Shown piece after piece: positions 1 through 12,635 of a stretch of 64,000 nucleotides of DNA. The notes beneath the pieces are model-generated. The model did not search any database and was not told the DNA's origin. It worked only from the letters and a program-made list of their open reading frames with translations. This DNA is from Octopus vulgaris (lineage: Eukaryota). Position 1 is the first letter of the stretch. The number at the start of each line of letters is the position of its first letter. The stretch is taken from positions 58,776,001-58,840,000 of the forward strand of contig OX597833.1 in NCBI GenBank assembly GCA_951406725.2, written 5' to 3'. The position numbers and the translations under genes were made by a program.

Positions 1-902
1 ACAAGTGTAGTTAATTCAAGATAGGAATATTTAAGGTAAGTGTTTCACAGTAGCAGTATATAGGAGTTCTCGTAGGGATAAGTTGAAGGGGCCACAACCA
101 GTTAGTTCTGAAGAAGATTTCGATAGAATAGGAGAGACAGACAGGAAAAAGAATAGAGAATGATTATTAGCTTTGAGAGGAGACTGTTAGGATTCAGGTA
201 TGATAATTAATAATTTCTGATTGGTTATTGATTGGTCATTAATTATAAGCAACTCATTGATATAATTGCCAATCAGGACCCACATATGAAAACACAGGTT
301 AGCATCCATATTCGGATATGATCGAGTAGACTGGTGGTATGTTACTGAAAAAAGTGACTTAAAAATCTGGACACCGTTCCCGAAGAGTAATGCTAGCCAT
401 TTGATCTTGGTCACTTTCAATGACCGTATAGCACCAGCCACTTTCTCTTTAATTATTAGCTTTGAGAGGAGACTGTTAGGATTCAGGTATGATAATTAAT
501 AATTTCTGATTGGTTATTGATTGGTCATTAATTATAAGCTACTCATTGATGTAATTGCCAATCAGGACCCACATATGAAAGCTCAGGTTAACATCCATAT
601 TCGGACATGTTGATGTATCTCATCCAGCCACTGAAAACGAGCAAATTCTTGACCGAAGCTTTATTTTTTTTCTCTCCATCTTCAGGAGAATTAATCATTT
701 ATGTCATAGTTGAGATAGTTCGCTAAAGAGATTAATCAAGCTAAACTGTTTTTTATTATACAATTATCTCCAGAGGAAATAATAAGCTTGCCAATATTTG
801 TTAATCTGCAGAACTTTCATTGATCTTGGCTGTGATGATCTTAAAATAGTAAGATGGAGATGTGGCGATCGAACGAGTTTTGATAAAAAGAAAAATCAAC
901 AC

Positions 903-1770
903 TGGGACAACGGGAGATGATTTGATGATCATTGATGAGTGTTGCCAAGGTAGACGTGTACAGGGAAATAGTTATAGTTCGGGCGACAAGTTGTCTGATA
1001 TGTTGGGCGAAGGTTTGTGAATTGGGACATTGGGAGATGATTTGATGATCATTGATGAGTGTTGCCAAGGTGGACATGTACGGGGAAATAGTTATGATTC
1101 GGGCGACAAGTTGTCTGATATGTTGGGCGAAGGTTTGTGAATTGGGACACCGGGAGATGATTTGATGATCATTGATGAGTGTTGCCAAGGTGGACGTGTA
1201 CAGGGAAATAGTTATGATTCAGGCAACAAGTTGTCTGATATGTTGGGCGAAAGTTTGTGAATTGGGACTTTGGGAGATGATTTGATGATCATCGATGAGT
1301 GTTGCCAAGGTGGACATGTACGGGGAAATAGTTAAAATTCGGGCGACAAGTTGTCTGATATGTTGGGTGAAGGTTTTGCTCAAGAACACAATGTGTCACC
1401 TGGTCTAGGAATCGAAACCACAATCTTACAATCATGATGCTGACACCCTAACCACTAAGCCACATGCCACCATGTAAAATAAATGCACCCTTTTATAAAG
1501 CCTAGCCAGGCTCATGGGCCCGGTTTCCCAGTTTCAATGGTGTATGTGTTCCCCAGCTGGACGGGACGCCAGTCCATCGCAGCGTTACTCACTTTTGCCA
1601 GCTGAGTGGACTGGAGTAATGTGAAATGAAGTGTTTTGCTCAAGAACACAATGTGTCACCTGGGAGATGATTTGATGATCATTGATGAGTGTTGCCAAGG
1701 TGGACGTGTACGGGGAAATAGTTATGATTCGGGCGACAAGTTGTCTGATATGTTGGACGAAGGTATGTGA
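903..1770. repeat. 120-bp tandem repeat array (about 4 units plus one displaced unit)
   Basis: GGGAGATGATTTGATGATCAT recurs at 912, 1032, 1152 and 1272 (period 120) and again at 1662 after a SINE insertion. Confidence 0.9.
1375..1661 (-). mobile_element. tRNA-derived SINE fragments (permuted, same family as 3268-3786)
   Basis: Near-identical to 3268-3786. Minus strand has an A-box TGGCTTAGTGG and a B-box GGTTTCGATTCC. Confidence 0.8.
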
Positions 1771-1892
1771 AGATTGTTGCCCCAGTGTCAGAAATCAATG
1801 GGTGTTTGATAGAAGCTGAATTAGGGTTAGATAAGAGGGATATATTTTGATATTTGGTGAAAAGCAAAAATAAAAATAACATGGTGAAAATG

Positions 1893-2458
1893 TTAATAGT
1901 TATTGCCAAGCTAATATGGCAGTCCAGAAACATAGGACGGATGCTGCCGTTGATTAGCTCCAAGAGGCCATCGCCTCTAGCTAGCTATGTGACACATGGA
2001 CCTGTGTCCATTATAACCTTCGAACAGGGGAGGTCAGCTGCTTCCCCTTGCTGGTCAGGCATCTGCAGACTAGTTTCAGGGTATTTGCTCCTTATCAGTG
2101 CAGAGCAGCCAAACCAAGCAGTTGTCGCTACTGACCGTCTGATCAAAGAATAATTTACCTAAATTCAGTGGAATACATCCACTGGTTTTCAAAAATAGAA
2201 ATATTATTATTTCTAAATCTTTCTAAAGGAGACTACGGTAGCGGTACTGGATATTAATAGGTATCGCCAAGCTAATATGGCAGTCCAGAAATATAGGACG
2301 GATGCTGCTGTTGATTAGCTCCAAGAGACCATCGCTTCTAGCTAGCTATGTGACACACTGACCTGTGTCCATTATAACCTTTGAACAGGGGAAGTCAGCT
2401 GCTTCTCCTGGCTGGTCAGGCATCAACAGACTAGTTTCAGGGTATTTGCCCCTTATGG
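1893..2458 (-). mobile_element. Penelope-like pseudo-LTR direct repeats (two copies of about 205 bp)
   Basis: 1893-2100 and 2252-2458 are direct repeats carrying a minimal hammerhead-like motif, an arrangement known from Penelope-like elements. No RT ORF recognised. Confidence 0.45.
2062..2104 (-). ncRNA. hammerhead ribozyme-like motif (type I, minimal)
   Basis: Minus strand: UCUGCA-CUGAUAA-GGAGCAAAUACCCU-GAA-ACUAGU-C-UGCAGA. 6-bp stem I, palindromic stem III, GUC cleavage triplet. Core has A in place of G8. Confidence 0.55.
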
Positions 2459-2833
2459 TGAAAAGGTTGTTTGATATAAACTTCACATTTGAGTATCAAT
2501 CGATGTTAGAAAAGACATCAGACTTGGAAATATAATTACATCGATAATATAAAAAAGAAAAAGAAAAAAAGACAACTAAAGAAGGAACTGAAAGAGTTGC
2601 AGGGAATCTCCAAGTTTTTTTTTTTTTTGCTTTTTTTTTTTTGTCATTGTTTTACTTTTGATGTCTTTCATTTGAAATGTTTTTTGCCTCTTAAATGTGT
2701 TATTTATTTGTTGCTGTTGTTGCTTTAGAAAATGTTAAGTTTTAAAAAGTAGTCAACCTTCTGTTCTGTCTAATCCCAACTCATCTACATAATCAGAAGA
2801 CACATACCGATTCCTCTTGGATACTTAGGTTTA

Positions 2834-3016
2834 TGGAAGCACTCCGTCGGTTACGACGACGAGGGTTCCGGTTGATCCGAATCAACGGAACAGCCTGCTC
2901 GTGAAATTAACGTGTAAGTGGCTGAGCACTCCACAGACACGTGTACCCTTAACGTAGTTCTCGGGGATATTCAGCGTGACACAGAGAGTGACAAGGCCGG
3001 CCCTTTGAAATACAGG
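2834..3016 (-). mobile_element. 5'-truncated SINE (3' part of the family at 37964-38345)
   Basis: Reverse complement of about 38160-38345. Flanked by the direct repeat ATACTTAGGTT. Confidence 0.8.
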
Positions 3017-3029
3017 TTTGAAATACTTA

Positions 3030-4300
3030 GGTTATGACTTCATAAATCAGATCTTTTTTTAGAAAGTTACTGAAGTTCTCTTGAATTGACTTAACCTTTT
3101 GTTTTGACATAATTTTTCGTTAAAAGTTTAATATGGAGAGGTAGTTGAATTACCTTCTTGCAATTAACTAAGAGCACAGATTGGCCACTAGTTCTTCTTG
3201 GGATACTTGTTGACTTTAGTGGCCAGTCACATTTGATAGAGTGATCTATGGAGACACAAATGTCCTATAAAAAATAATAAATGCACCCTTTTTAAAGCCT
3301 AGCCAGGCTCATGGTCCCAGTTTCCCAGTTTCTATGGCGTATGTGTTCCCCAGCTGGACGAGACACCAGTCCATCGCAGCGTTATTAATATTTGCCAGCT
3401 GAGTGGGCTGGAGCAATGTGAAATGAAGTGTTTTGCTCAAGAACACAACGCGTCGCCCGGTCCAGGAATCGAAACCACAATCTTATGATCATGGTGCTGA
3501 TACCCAAACCACTAAGCCATGTGTCACCACATAAAATAAATGCGCCCTTTTAAAGCCCAGCCAGGCTCATGGGCCCGGTTCCCAGGTTTCTATGGCGTAT
3601 GTGTTTCCCAGCTGGACGGGACGCCAGTCCATCGCAGCGTTACTCATTTTTGCCAGCTGAGTGGACTGGAGCAACATGAAATGAAGTGTTTTGCTCAAGA
3701 ACACAACGTGTCGCCCGGTCCAGGAATCGAAACCACAATCTTACGATCATGATGCTGATACCCTAACCACTAAGCCACACGCCTCCACACAAATGTCCTA
3801 CAGGCATAAGTAACAGTAATGTTTTGTAAATCCTGCTCGCATGTCCATTAATATCCCAGTAACTTTGGGGTCTCCACAGAGATTCCATGGGTGGACACAC
3901 TTTTGGAAGATCACGGATAATGTATCCATTTGTATCTTATGACTTTACTAGGTGAGCAGTGGGTAGTTAGGATGCCCTGCTTTATATTCCCCAGGGGCAG
4001 TAAAACTGCTTCGAGGTTATTTGTGACGAATCAACAAAGAGATGCCAGTTGGATGCTACGTGAGTCTGAAAATCTGAACCAAATTTGTGAAGCGTTCATT
4101 GATGTCATTACAATACTGCAAGTGGACCGACTACCGTAAAGTGTGTTGCCAAATTTTGCTTTTGATAGAAACTCCCTTGCGCATATTGATTGCTCAAATG
4201 ACTTCTGTCTTGAAGCAAGAAACACTTCCTTCCCTTTGGACACTGAGAAGTCTCTGACAGAATCATTCAAATCCTTCAAATTGTTTTCAGCAATATATTC
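3030..4300 (-). mobile_element. decayed DNA transposase remnant, probably Chapaev3/CMC-like
   Basis: Minus-strand fragments LNDSVRDFSVSK..LASR, WHLFVDSS, WNLCGDPKVTGILMDMRAGFTKHYCYLCL*D and LPLHIKL match the motif order I recall for this family (NDLVRDL, WRLFIDSS, CGDLK, GFTK..CFLC.WD, PPLHIKLG). Contains stops and frameshifts and is split by a SINE dimer. Confidence 0.65.
3268..3786 (-). mobile_element. head-to-tail dimer of a tRNA-derived SINE with 14-bp TSD
   Basis: Two units of about 258 bp. ACACAAATGTCCTA at 3254-3267 and 3787-3800. Pol III A/B boxes on the minus strand. Confidence 0.9.
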
Positions 4301-4765
4301 AGTCTCTAAAGTAGGCTTAGCACCTTTGTTTTATCGTCACTGGGAGCTTGTTCATCATTTAGAGAAAAAGGGACGGGCATTCTTTCATAATGTCAAGTCG
4401 GTCTTTTTACTGAATGTGGGTTTGGATAAACAAAGTTTTGTTTGTTCTTTGCTGAAAAACCCAGTTCTGTTAATGCTACAAAAATAGCAGCCAATATGAG
4501 AATCCTTCTGTCTCTTTATCAGACATTTTGGTGAAAGGCATTGATCAGCTCTCATTGTTCAATCACTCATGTTGTCTACATGATTAATTGAACCAAATTT
4601 TTACATTCATGGAGCATACTGAATAAATGGCAACAATCTGAGAAAATATTTTGAAAAATATAAAACATTTCACACCTAATTAGAAAAAATATAATTAGTC
4701 TCATCACAAAAGCTTTATATGTTACTGAGAAACTAAAAACATTTTACTTTAGAAATCACCATTAA

Positions 4766-4982
4766 CCCTTCAGGATTTAAACTGGTCATATTGGGCCCAA
4801 ATATTCTGCCTGTTTTATTTTCGAACTGACCAGATCTGGCCTTTCACATCTACCTTACAATGTCAGTCTAAAAATAAAGAATCACATCAAAATTCCACAA
4901 CTGTAAGATAATTTATGATTAATTCAAAACAATGTGAATAAATTAGCATTGCATTTGGTCGAGTTATGTGAATGCTAAAGGG
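4766..4982. mobile_element. piggyBac-type MITE (TTAA|CCCTT...AAGGG|TTAA family)
   Basis: TTAA-CCCTTCAG...CTAAAGGG-TCAA ends. Homologous to 8432-8651, 12001-12635 and 21728-21946. Confidence 0.7.
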
Positions 4983-5064
4983 TCAAAAATTCTTTCTGTT
5001 CTGCTCCAAATTATCTCTGAAGGAATTATTTGGTTAATAAGTGCAATTTATAAATGGTATGGAG

Positions 5065-5719
5065 CAGTGGTTCTCAACCATTTTTCTCCTATGGACCTCC
5101 TCAATTCCTGTTTCACATAGATGGATCCACAACCATTTGATATTTAAAGAATCCCATTGTATTTTTGTAATTAAATATTATTTGGAACTAGCAGTATTGC
5201 CCGGCGTTGCTTGGGTTTGTTTCGACCCTTTAGAATTGGAATTTTTGAAAAGTAAAAATTTTGTATTATGTAGCTTGTTATTCTCTTTAAGTGAACATTT
5301 TTCTGGTTGAAATATATAGAAAAATGGTGACACAGCAGTCAAAAAATCATAAAAAATAGGGATTTTCATAAAAAAATAAGCACCTTTTTCATGTAAATAA
5401 TTTTTGCTGTTAACATGGTCCTATTTGAATTTTTTCTTCTATGGAAGGAAGAGCAAGCCTTCTTCTATCATACTCTCAATTTTGGTCAACTTGCACCGCA
5501 GGGTCTCGGAGAAGATAGTGTTAGTTGAAGGCTACCAAACCTGCCACACACAGACAACTTCAGCTTTATATATATATAGAGATTCTACAAAAAAAAAAAT
5601 AGTTGTTAAAATGCTTTGTGTCTTGTAGAAATAAAACCAATTTATTGCAAATAAATTTTGATGATAAACTCTTATATGGACCCGTAAGGGTCATGCGGGC
5701 CCTAGTTTGAGAACCACGG
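5065..5719. mobile_element. hAT/Charlie-type MITE with a nested Helitron
   Basis: CAGTGGTTCTCAAC ... TTTGAGAACCACGG terminal inverted repeats. 8-bp flanks are degenerate. Confidence 0.7.
5188..5582 (-). mobile_element. non-autonomous Helitron
   Basis: Minus strand starts TC and ends CTAG between host A and T, with a GC-rich subterminal hairpin. Second copy at 59477-59867. Confidence 0.8.
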
Positions 5720-7271
5720 GTGTAGAACGTTGCATGTTAGTCAGGGATTCAGTACAGTATCACACCACTATATAGATGTGTCTCTACAAATTTTGACTAC
5801 TTTTTTCTTTTTTTTTTTTTCCCCCCTGTAGCTACAATGATTTCGTTTTTGCTGTTCATGTATTCAGTTTTGCCTTTTGTTTATAATTTTTTAGTTGTTC
5901 TTATTGTAACATGCAGTCAGTATATTTGAGCTTTTGTTCATTTTATGTTTTTGTTATATTATTTTTTTATTGCCCTGCATGGCATGGAGATGTATAATAA
6001 GCAAGGTACTTGTCCGTTTGTTAACGTTTTCTTTTTATCCCTTTCGGGGGGGTGACACTCAACTTCTCACACTCTCACTCCTTATTTTTATCCCCTTTTA
6101 CAGATAGCCTCCCTTTTATTCTTTCATACTCTCCTCTCTCTCTCTTTGTAGCTCACTTCACAAAGCGCTTTGAATATTACAATAAATTTTGGTTAAATAT
6201 TTCAGAGAACGAGGGTGCATAGTTGGTTAGGCTGTGGTGTATATATATATAAATTTTTTGTTTTTAGGTTATTTCACTGCCTCAGGTACTTGACTGGATG
6301 ATTCACCATAGATGGGTTTCCATTCAATATCGTGCACCATTATCTGGATTCTGACAGGAGGCTTTTTGATGTTTCCTCTTACTGTCAGCCATCCAGATGA
6401 TTGGTGCTGAGGCAATGATTTGCGGTTGTCACTAGACATTACACTAAAGTACAAGTTCTTGTATTTTTCTCTCATTGCATGCTGGTCTAAATTTGCCTCC
6501 TCTCTCTCTCCCTCCTTTCTCCCTCTCTCTCTCTCCTCTCTTTCTACTTCATATTCCTCACACAATTCCACGGTTTTCTCTTTTTCTTTACTCCTTCTCT
6601 TTGTCTTTGTTCTCTTCAATTTCTCTCTCCTACATAATAGTGCATGTTAGTTTAAGCTCCCCTCTCTCTCTCTCTTTCTCTCTCCTGTCCATTGTCAACC
6701 ACTATATAGTCTGTTGCTTTGGCCAGTTTATCAATTTAGACAGGTAATAGGGAAATTATGAGCAACTGCTGAAGACAGTATGGGAGTGCAGTTTCAAGCA
6801 TAAACTGTACAAGGGATTGATTGTATAATTGTGCAGCTATGACACCTGGTAGCAGAACTAAACCCAATAGGTTGAAGTGTTTGCTTAAGGCCCTACCTTG
6901 TTACTACTTACTTTTGATTTAAGGGGTTACTTACTTTATATTGAAATGTCTGCAACGGGCCAAACATTGATTTACTGCTTTTCTGACAATGAGAACGACA
7001 AGGGAGTGTCTGCAACTTGTTACAGAACAAATATCACAAGGGACTTCATTTGAAGAGCACTGGTAGGCTGATATTTACATACCTTTTCCTTTCATCCTTT
7101 TGGGGCCAAGAGGTTGAGGAAAGAATCTTGGGTAGTGGACTGTTGGAATTATTCAAGTCCTGGTTGTCATGCAGTGTTTGTTCCATCTCTTTGCACTTTG
7201 AACTCAAACCCTGCTTCCGGTTGCAAGAGTTGCTAAGAATGATGACGGTAGGCTTGGAAAGTTCTTAAGAA

Positions 7272-7490
7272 ATAAGAAACATTAGCATGCCAGGCAAAAT
7301 GCTTAGCGGTATTTCATCTGTCTTTATGTTCTGAGTTCAAATTCCGCCGAGGTCGACTTTACCATTCATCCTTTCGGGGTTGATTAAATAAGTACCAGTT
7401 ATGCACTGGTGGTCGATGTCATTGACTTAACCCCTTTATCTGTCCTTGTTTGTCCCCTCTATGTTTAGCCTCCTGTGGGCAATAAATAAA
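7272..7490 (+). mobile_element. SINE with Nin-type central domain
   Basis: GTTCTGAGTTCAAATTCCGCCGAGGTCGACTT...TCATCCTTTCGGGGT..ATAAGTACCAG core, present in more than 15 copies in the window. Confidence 0.85.
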
Positions 7491-8431
7491 TATATTATAG
7501 ATGCTTCAATTACAGCAGCACATATCCAAGTAAAAAACGGTTTTAGCACATTGAAGCATGTTAAACATGGGTCATTCTTCAACATAGAGGACCTGGGGTG
7601 ATTTCTTTTTAAATAAGTACATCTCATATACTATCAAATATGGTATTTATATACAGGGTAGGATTCAGTACAGTTTCTGCCTATCAGGTTCTTATCAGTT
7701 CTGGACTGACTAGTGCCTTATATAGAAGGAGATACTTGTTCAAGGCGCTGAATAAATGTCTGAATAATCATTGCTGGACAGCAAATAGGGGCTCGGACAT
7801 TGCATAGAAGATATTTTTCGTTTTTAGCCTTGTATATAGTACACACTAGGGATTTTGACCTTTAAATTTTGGGGGGAAAATGTGAATTATACTCGAGGAT
7901 TTACGGTACATCTCAGAATGTCCAAGATCTGTTGCACCATGGGGGGAATCTCACAGCAGACACTCCCTCCCCCCTACACATTCCAGGAGACCACCATTTG
8001 TATCCTCCCTGCCAGTTCTTGCCTTGCACTTTTAACAATGTCCGGCAAGCGAGGTAAAACCCACAACGCATCTTAGAATATCACTGGTGCCACAACAGTT
8101 AACTTCTCCAGCTATTTTTTTTAACCCCTTCACCACACACACACACACACACACACGCACACACACACACACTACCTCTGACTCTTTTACTTAACCCTTT
8201 CACCCACCAAATCCCCTTTCTCCTTCCCGTTGCACTGACTCGACCTATTATTGACGCACACACAGATGGTTCTGGAGAGATTTTCATGATTCGGAGGTCG
8301 ATATTGTTTTTTTGTTTTTTTATGTTTGTTTTTGGTTTTTATGAAATATTTAATTTTTTTTTTTATATGAATTTTTTAAATTTTAAATTTTATTTCAACT
8401 TTTTTTTTTCTATCTTAATCTTACCTTTTAA

Positions 8432-8651
8432 CCCTTTGGTGTTCAAATTTCTCTATTAAATGTAATACTTTTTCACTCAAATTGTTTTGAATTAGTCATG
8501 CATTATGTTGTAGCGTTGAGGTTTCAATGATGTGATTGTTTATTTTTAGAATGTCAATGTAGGTTAGGTGTGAGAGGCTAGATATGGCCAGTTTGAATAT
8601 AAAACATGTAGAATATTTAGGCCGGATATGGCTGGTTTAAACACTAAAGGG
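8432..8651. mobile_element. piggyBac-type MITE
   Basis: TTAA|CCCTTTGGTGTT...AACACTAAAGGG|TTAA. Confidence 0.8.
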
Positions 8652-8729
8652 TTAAATCTGATCAGTTTTGTTACACACACACAAGGCGAAATTATAAATA
8701 AAAATAAAGCAAAGTTTATCAAAGTTTAT

Positions 8730-9272
8730 AGGCGCAGGAGTGGCTGTGTGGTAAGTAGCTTGTTTACTAACCACATGGTTCTGGGTTCAGTCCCACTGCG
8801 TGGCACCTTGGGCAAGTGTCTTCTACTATAGCCTCGGGCCGACCAAAGCCTTGTGAGTGGATTTGGTAGACGGAAACTGAAAAGAAGCCCATCATATATA
8901 TATATATATGGCGTTAGGAAGGGCATCCAGCCGTAGAAACACTGCCAGATCTGACTGGGCCTGATGAAGCCTTCCAGCTTCACAGACCCCAGTTGAACCG
9001 TCCAACCCATGCTAGCATGGAGAACGGACGCTAAATGATGATGATGATGATGATATATATATATGCGTGTGTGTGTCTGTGTGTGTCCCCCTAGCATTGC
9101 TTGACAACCGATGCTGGTGTGTTTATGTCCCCGTTACTTAGCGGTTCGGCAAAAGAGACCGATAGAATAAGTACTGGGCTTACAAAAGAATAAGTCCCGG
9201 GGTCGAGTTGCTCGATTAAAGGCGGTGCTCCAGCATGGCCACAGTCAAATGACTGAAACAAGTAAAAAGAGT
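8730..9272 (+). mobile_element. tRNA-derived SINE with internal microsatellite (GGCGCAGGAGTGGCTGTGTGG family) plus nested RTE-type tail
   Basis: Head GGAGTGGCTGTGTGGTAAG...GGTTCAGTCCC and tail ...CAGTCAAATGACTGAAACAAGTAAAA. 8910-9053 matches the RTE 3' tail at 30320-30480. Confidence 0.9.
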
Positions 9273-9394
9273 GTAAAGCTGTTTTTGCATAAAATGTAAC
9301 TGAATCATTTCGTGATAATAGCACCAATAGCAATCCTTCATTCTCATTACAGATTCCTGGGTTTTAGTTCTGCATATCAATATTATTGAACCCC

Positions 9395-9426
<32 letters not shown>

Positions 9427-9837
9427 ACCTCTTAGTATTGGTTTATAGTTTTTTAAATTTAGTTTCCAGTTACACATTTCAAGATGGTGGTGGTGGTGGT
9501 GGTGATGGTGGTGGTAGCAGGGATGGTAGTTTTAGTAGCGGTGGTGGTGGTGGTGGTGGTGGGGGTAGTAGCGATGATAGTATTAGTAGTGCTAGAAATA
9601 GTTCTTGTTGATAGTATAGTTATTTTTATGCCATTAGTCTTATTCTGTGTGTGCGTGCATGCGCTCGCGCGCGTGTGTGTGTGTGTGCGTGTATGTGTGT
9701 GTGTGCGCACACGCGTGCAGTAATGCTTTCTATTTTTAGAACAATTTTGTCATCAGAAAGCGAAGTATTCTAAGTGCTGACATTGATTTTAAGCAACCTG
9801 GTGGCACAGCTCGCAACATAGGTTACCAAAAAATAGA

Positions 9838-9846
9838 ATATATATA

Positions 9847-9878
<32 letters not shown>

Positions 9879-9893
9879 CATACATGTGCAAAC

Positions 9894-9943
<50 letters not shown>

Positions 9944-10053
9944 GTGCAAACATATATATATAAATATGTGTGTATATATATATATGTGTGTGTATATATA
10001 TATATGTGTGTGTATATATATATATATATGTATATATATATGTATATATATAT

Positions 10054-10086
<33 letters not shown>

Positions 10087-10125
10087 GAATGTGCAAACAT
10101 ATATATAAATATATGTGTATATATA

Positions 10126-10176
<51 letters not shown>

Positions 10177-10250
10177 GTGCAAACACATATATATATATAT
10201 ATATACATGTGCAAACATATATATATATATATACATGTATGTATGAATAT
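9838..10250. repeat. (TA)n/(TG)n compound microsatellite
   Basis: Direct reading. Confidence 0.95.
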
Positions 10251-11052
10251 GTAGCCCTACCCCGCCACACTTAACTGGATCTCTTGATCATATAACCTTT
10301 GGCATTTATTTAATTTTATCCATCTATTCCTTTACCCACCTTCCAGCAGCAGCATCATCATCACCACCACCACCACCACCACCGCTGCCACCACCACCAC
10401 CACCACCACCACCAATAGCTAAACATAAGACAAATCCGTAATGAAAGACAAATTTTGTTCAGTCGTACAAATTTATTGATTAATAAAGAGAAGATGAAAA
10501 TTATTGTTATTATTACTGTGAAAATGAAAAGTGGTGCGAGGGGGGGGGGGGAAGGGAATTCGTTGAGCTTATGGGAACATTAAGAAAAATACCTTGTGGT
10601 GTTTGTTCTGGCTTTTTTTGTATGTTCCTAGTTCAAATTCTGCTGTGGTCAAGTACTCATTTTTTTACCCTTTCAGGGTCGATAATCAAGTACCATTCAA
10701 GTACTGGATCGATTCAAGTCGGCAGTTGCTCCCTCCTGTCGTTATATAAGAACGAAAGGAAATGGAGTGTGTATAGGTGTAGATTTGAAGAACTTTTGCT
10801 CCCTTATCTGGGGTAGCTATCAGGATGTCAGCCTCTAACTTGTTCTCCATTCCAGGAGTCTAGAATGTGGAACGTAATGAACCATTTGACCCTTTACTCA
10901 GAGATTAAGTTATTTAATTTACATGTGAATTATTTACTTTTACCTAATTTGTGTGTGTGTGCATTCAGTGATGGATCAGTTCTATAGCTTTGTAGCTCTT
11001 AGTGAATTCTCTATGAGATTTGACACACTGATCACTAAAGATTGTGATCAGT

Positions 11053-11450
11053 GGTGTAGGAGTGACTGTGTGGTAAGTAGCTTGCTTACCAACCACATGG
11101 TTCCAAGTTCAGTCCCACTGCGTGACACCTTGGGCAAGTGTGTTCTACTATAGCCTTGGGCCGACCAAAGTCTTGTGAGTGGATTTGGTAGATGGAAACT
11201 GAAAGAAGCCTGTCGTATATATGTATATATATATATATGTTTGTGTGTCTGTGTTAGTCCCCCCAACATTGCTTGACAACCGATGCTGGTGTGTTTACGT
11301 CCCCGTAACTTAGCGGTTTGGCAAAAGAGACCAATAGAATAAGTACTAGGCTTATAAAGCATAAGTCCTGGGGTCGATTTGCTTGACTCAAGGTGGTGCT
11401 CCAGCATGGCCGCAGTCAAATGACTGAAACAAGTAAAAGAGTAAAAGAGT
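11053..11450 (+). mobile_element. tRNA-derived SINE (GGCGCAGGAG family)
   Basis: Full-length match to the copy at 8730-9272, minus its insertion. Confidence 0.9.
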
Positions 11451-12000
11451 GAAGCCTTATCTTAGACTTATGCTTACAAAATGTTTCTGAAAAGACATAT
11501 AACAAATGACATAGTTATTGAATGTTAAATAAATATTTGTGATTCGAAAATAATTTTACTAATTAATGTTCATGTACTAAATTGTTTCTATGAATATCAT
11601 TTTATGAAATTTATTTACGAAAATTACGAAGATTTACTTGCATAACAAGTGACCTGATCTGAGATTGTGTACTGGAACGGAAACAATTGCCACGTGGAAG
11701 GTGTTTATTTTGTCAGTGACTAGGTTGCGGTCTCAAAGCGACAAAAATATTTTGGCAAATTAAAATTTAAACACCTTCCACGCTGCAATTATTTACAAAA
11801 ATATCTTCATTATTTTGTTAAGAATTGTAGAAACTATTTCTGTTTTCTTGCATAGCTTGGGGTTTTTGTAGTAAATCTTTGCTCTGTAGATTTAGTCCCA
11901 TTTACAATTGGTAAGCAATTTTTGGGGTATGTGGGCCCTCGTTCACCATATGAGCTGATGACTTTGCTGTATTTTTACTGCTTCCACTAGAGTCTCTTAA

Positions 12001-12635
12001 CCCTTTAGCATTTAAACCCGCCATATCTAACCCAAATATTTTACCTGTTCAAACCAGTCAGATCCAGCCTCTCACACCTACCATACAATGTCGTTCTATA
12101 AATAATCACATTGTCAAAATCTTGAAGCAATGAGATAATGCATGATTCATCATCATAACCGTTTAACGTCCACCCTCTGTGCTAGCATGTTGTGGGACGG
12201 TTCCACAAGAGCTGGCCAACCCAAAGCCTGCACCAGACTTCTGTGACTGTTCTGGCAGGATTTCTACAGTTGGATGCCCTTAATAACACCAACCACACAG
12301 CAGAGTCGACTTGGTGCTTTTTTCATGGCACAAGCACATGCAAGGTGAGAAGTGCTTTTTATGTGGCACAAGCACAGGTGAGGTCAGTTTTGGCAAGGTT
12401 TTTACACCTGGATGCCCTTCCAAACACCAACCACTTTACAGTGTGGACTGGGTGCTTTTAAGTGGCACCTGCACTGACAGGGTCACCAAGTACTTGCAAG
12501 ACAAGAAAAAAAACACTTTCAAAATAATGTGAATAATAAATAGGAATTCCTCCTCCTCCTCATCGTTTAACGTCCGTTTTCCATGCTAGCATGGGTTGGA
12601 GTTGTATTTGATAAAGTAATCTGAATGCTAAAGGG
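12001..12635. mobile_element. piggyBac-type MITE interrupted by RTE-tail repeats
   Basis: TTAA|CCCTTTAGCATT ... AATGCTAAAGGG|TTGA. About 12148-12600 holds minus-strand RTE-tail-like sequence. Confidence 0.65.

Noticed and set aside
903-1375. Regularly spaced repeats resembling a CRISPR array
   Set aside because: Whole 120-bp units repeat with no unique spacers, there are no cas genes, and the context is eukaryotic.
5832-5886. Strong acceptor followed by C-TAC... (YNDFVFAVHVFSFAFCL*) as a third terminal exon
   Set aside because: No similarity to the Piezo inner helix, and such acceptors are common in T-rich introns.
6269-6619. Minus-strand 116-aa ORF
   Set aside because: The N-terminal half is a (GA)n repeat and the rest has no recognisable motif or convincing splice sites.
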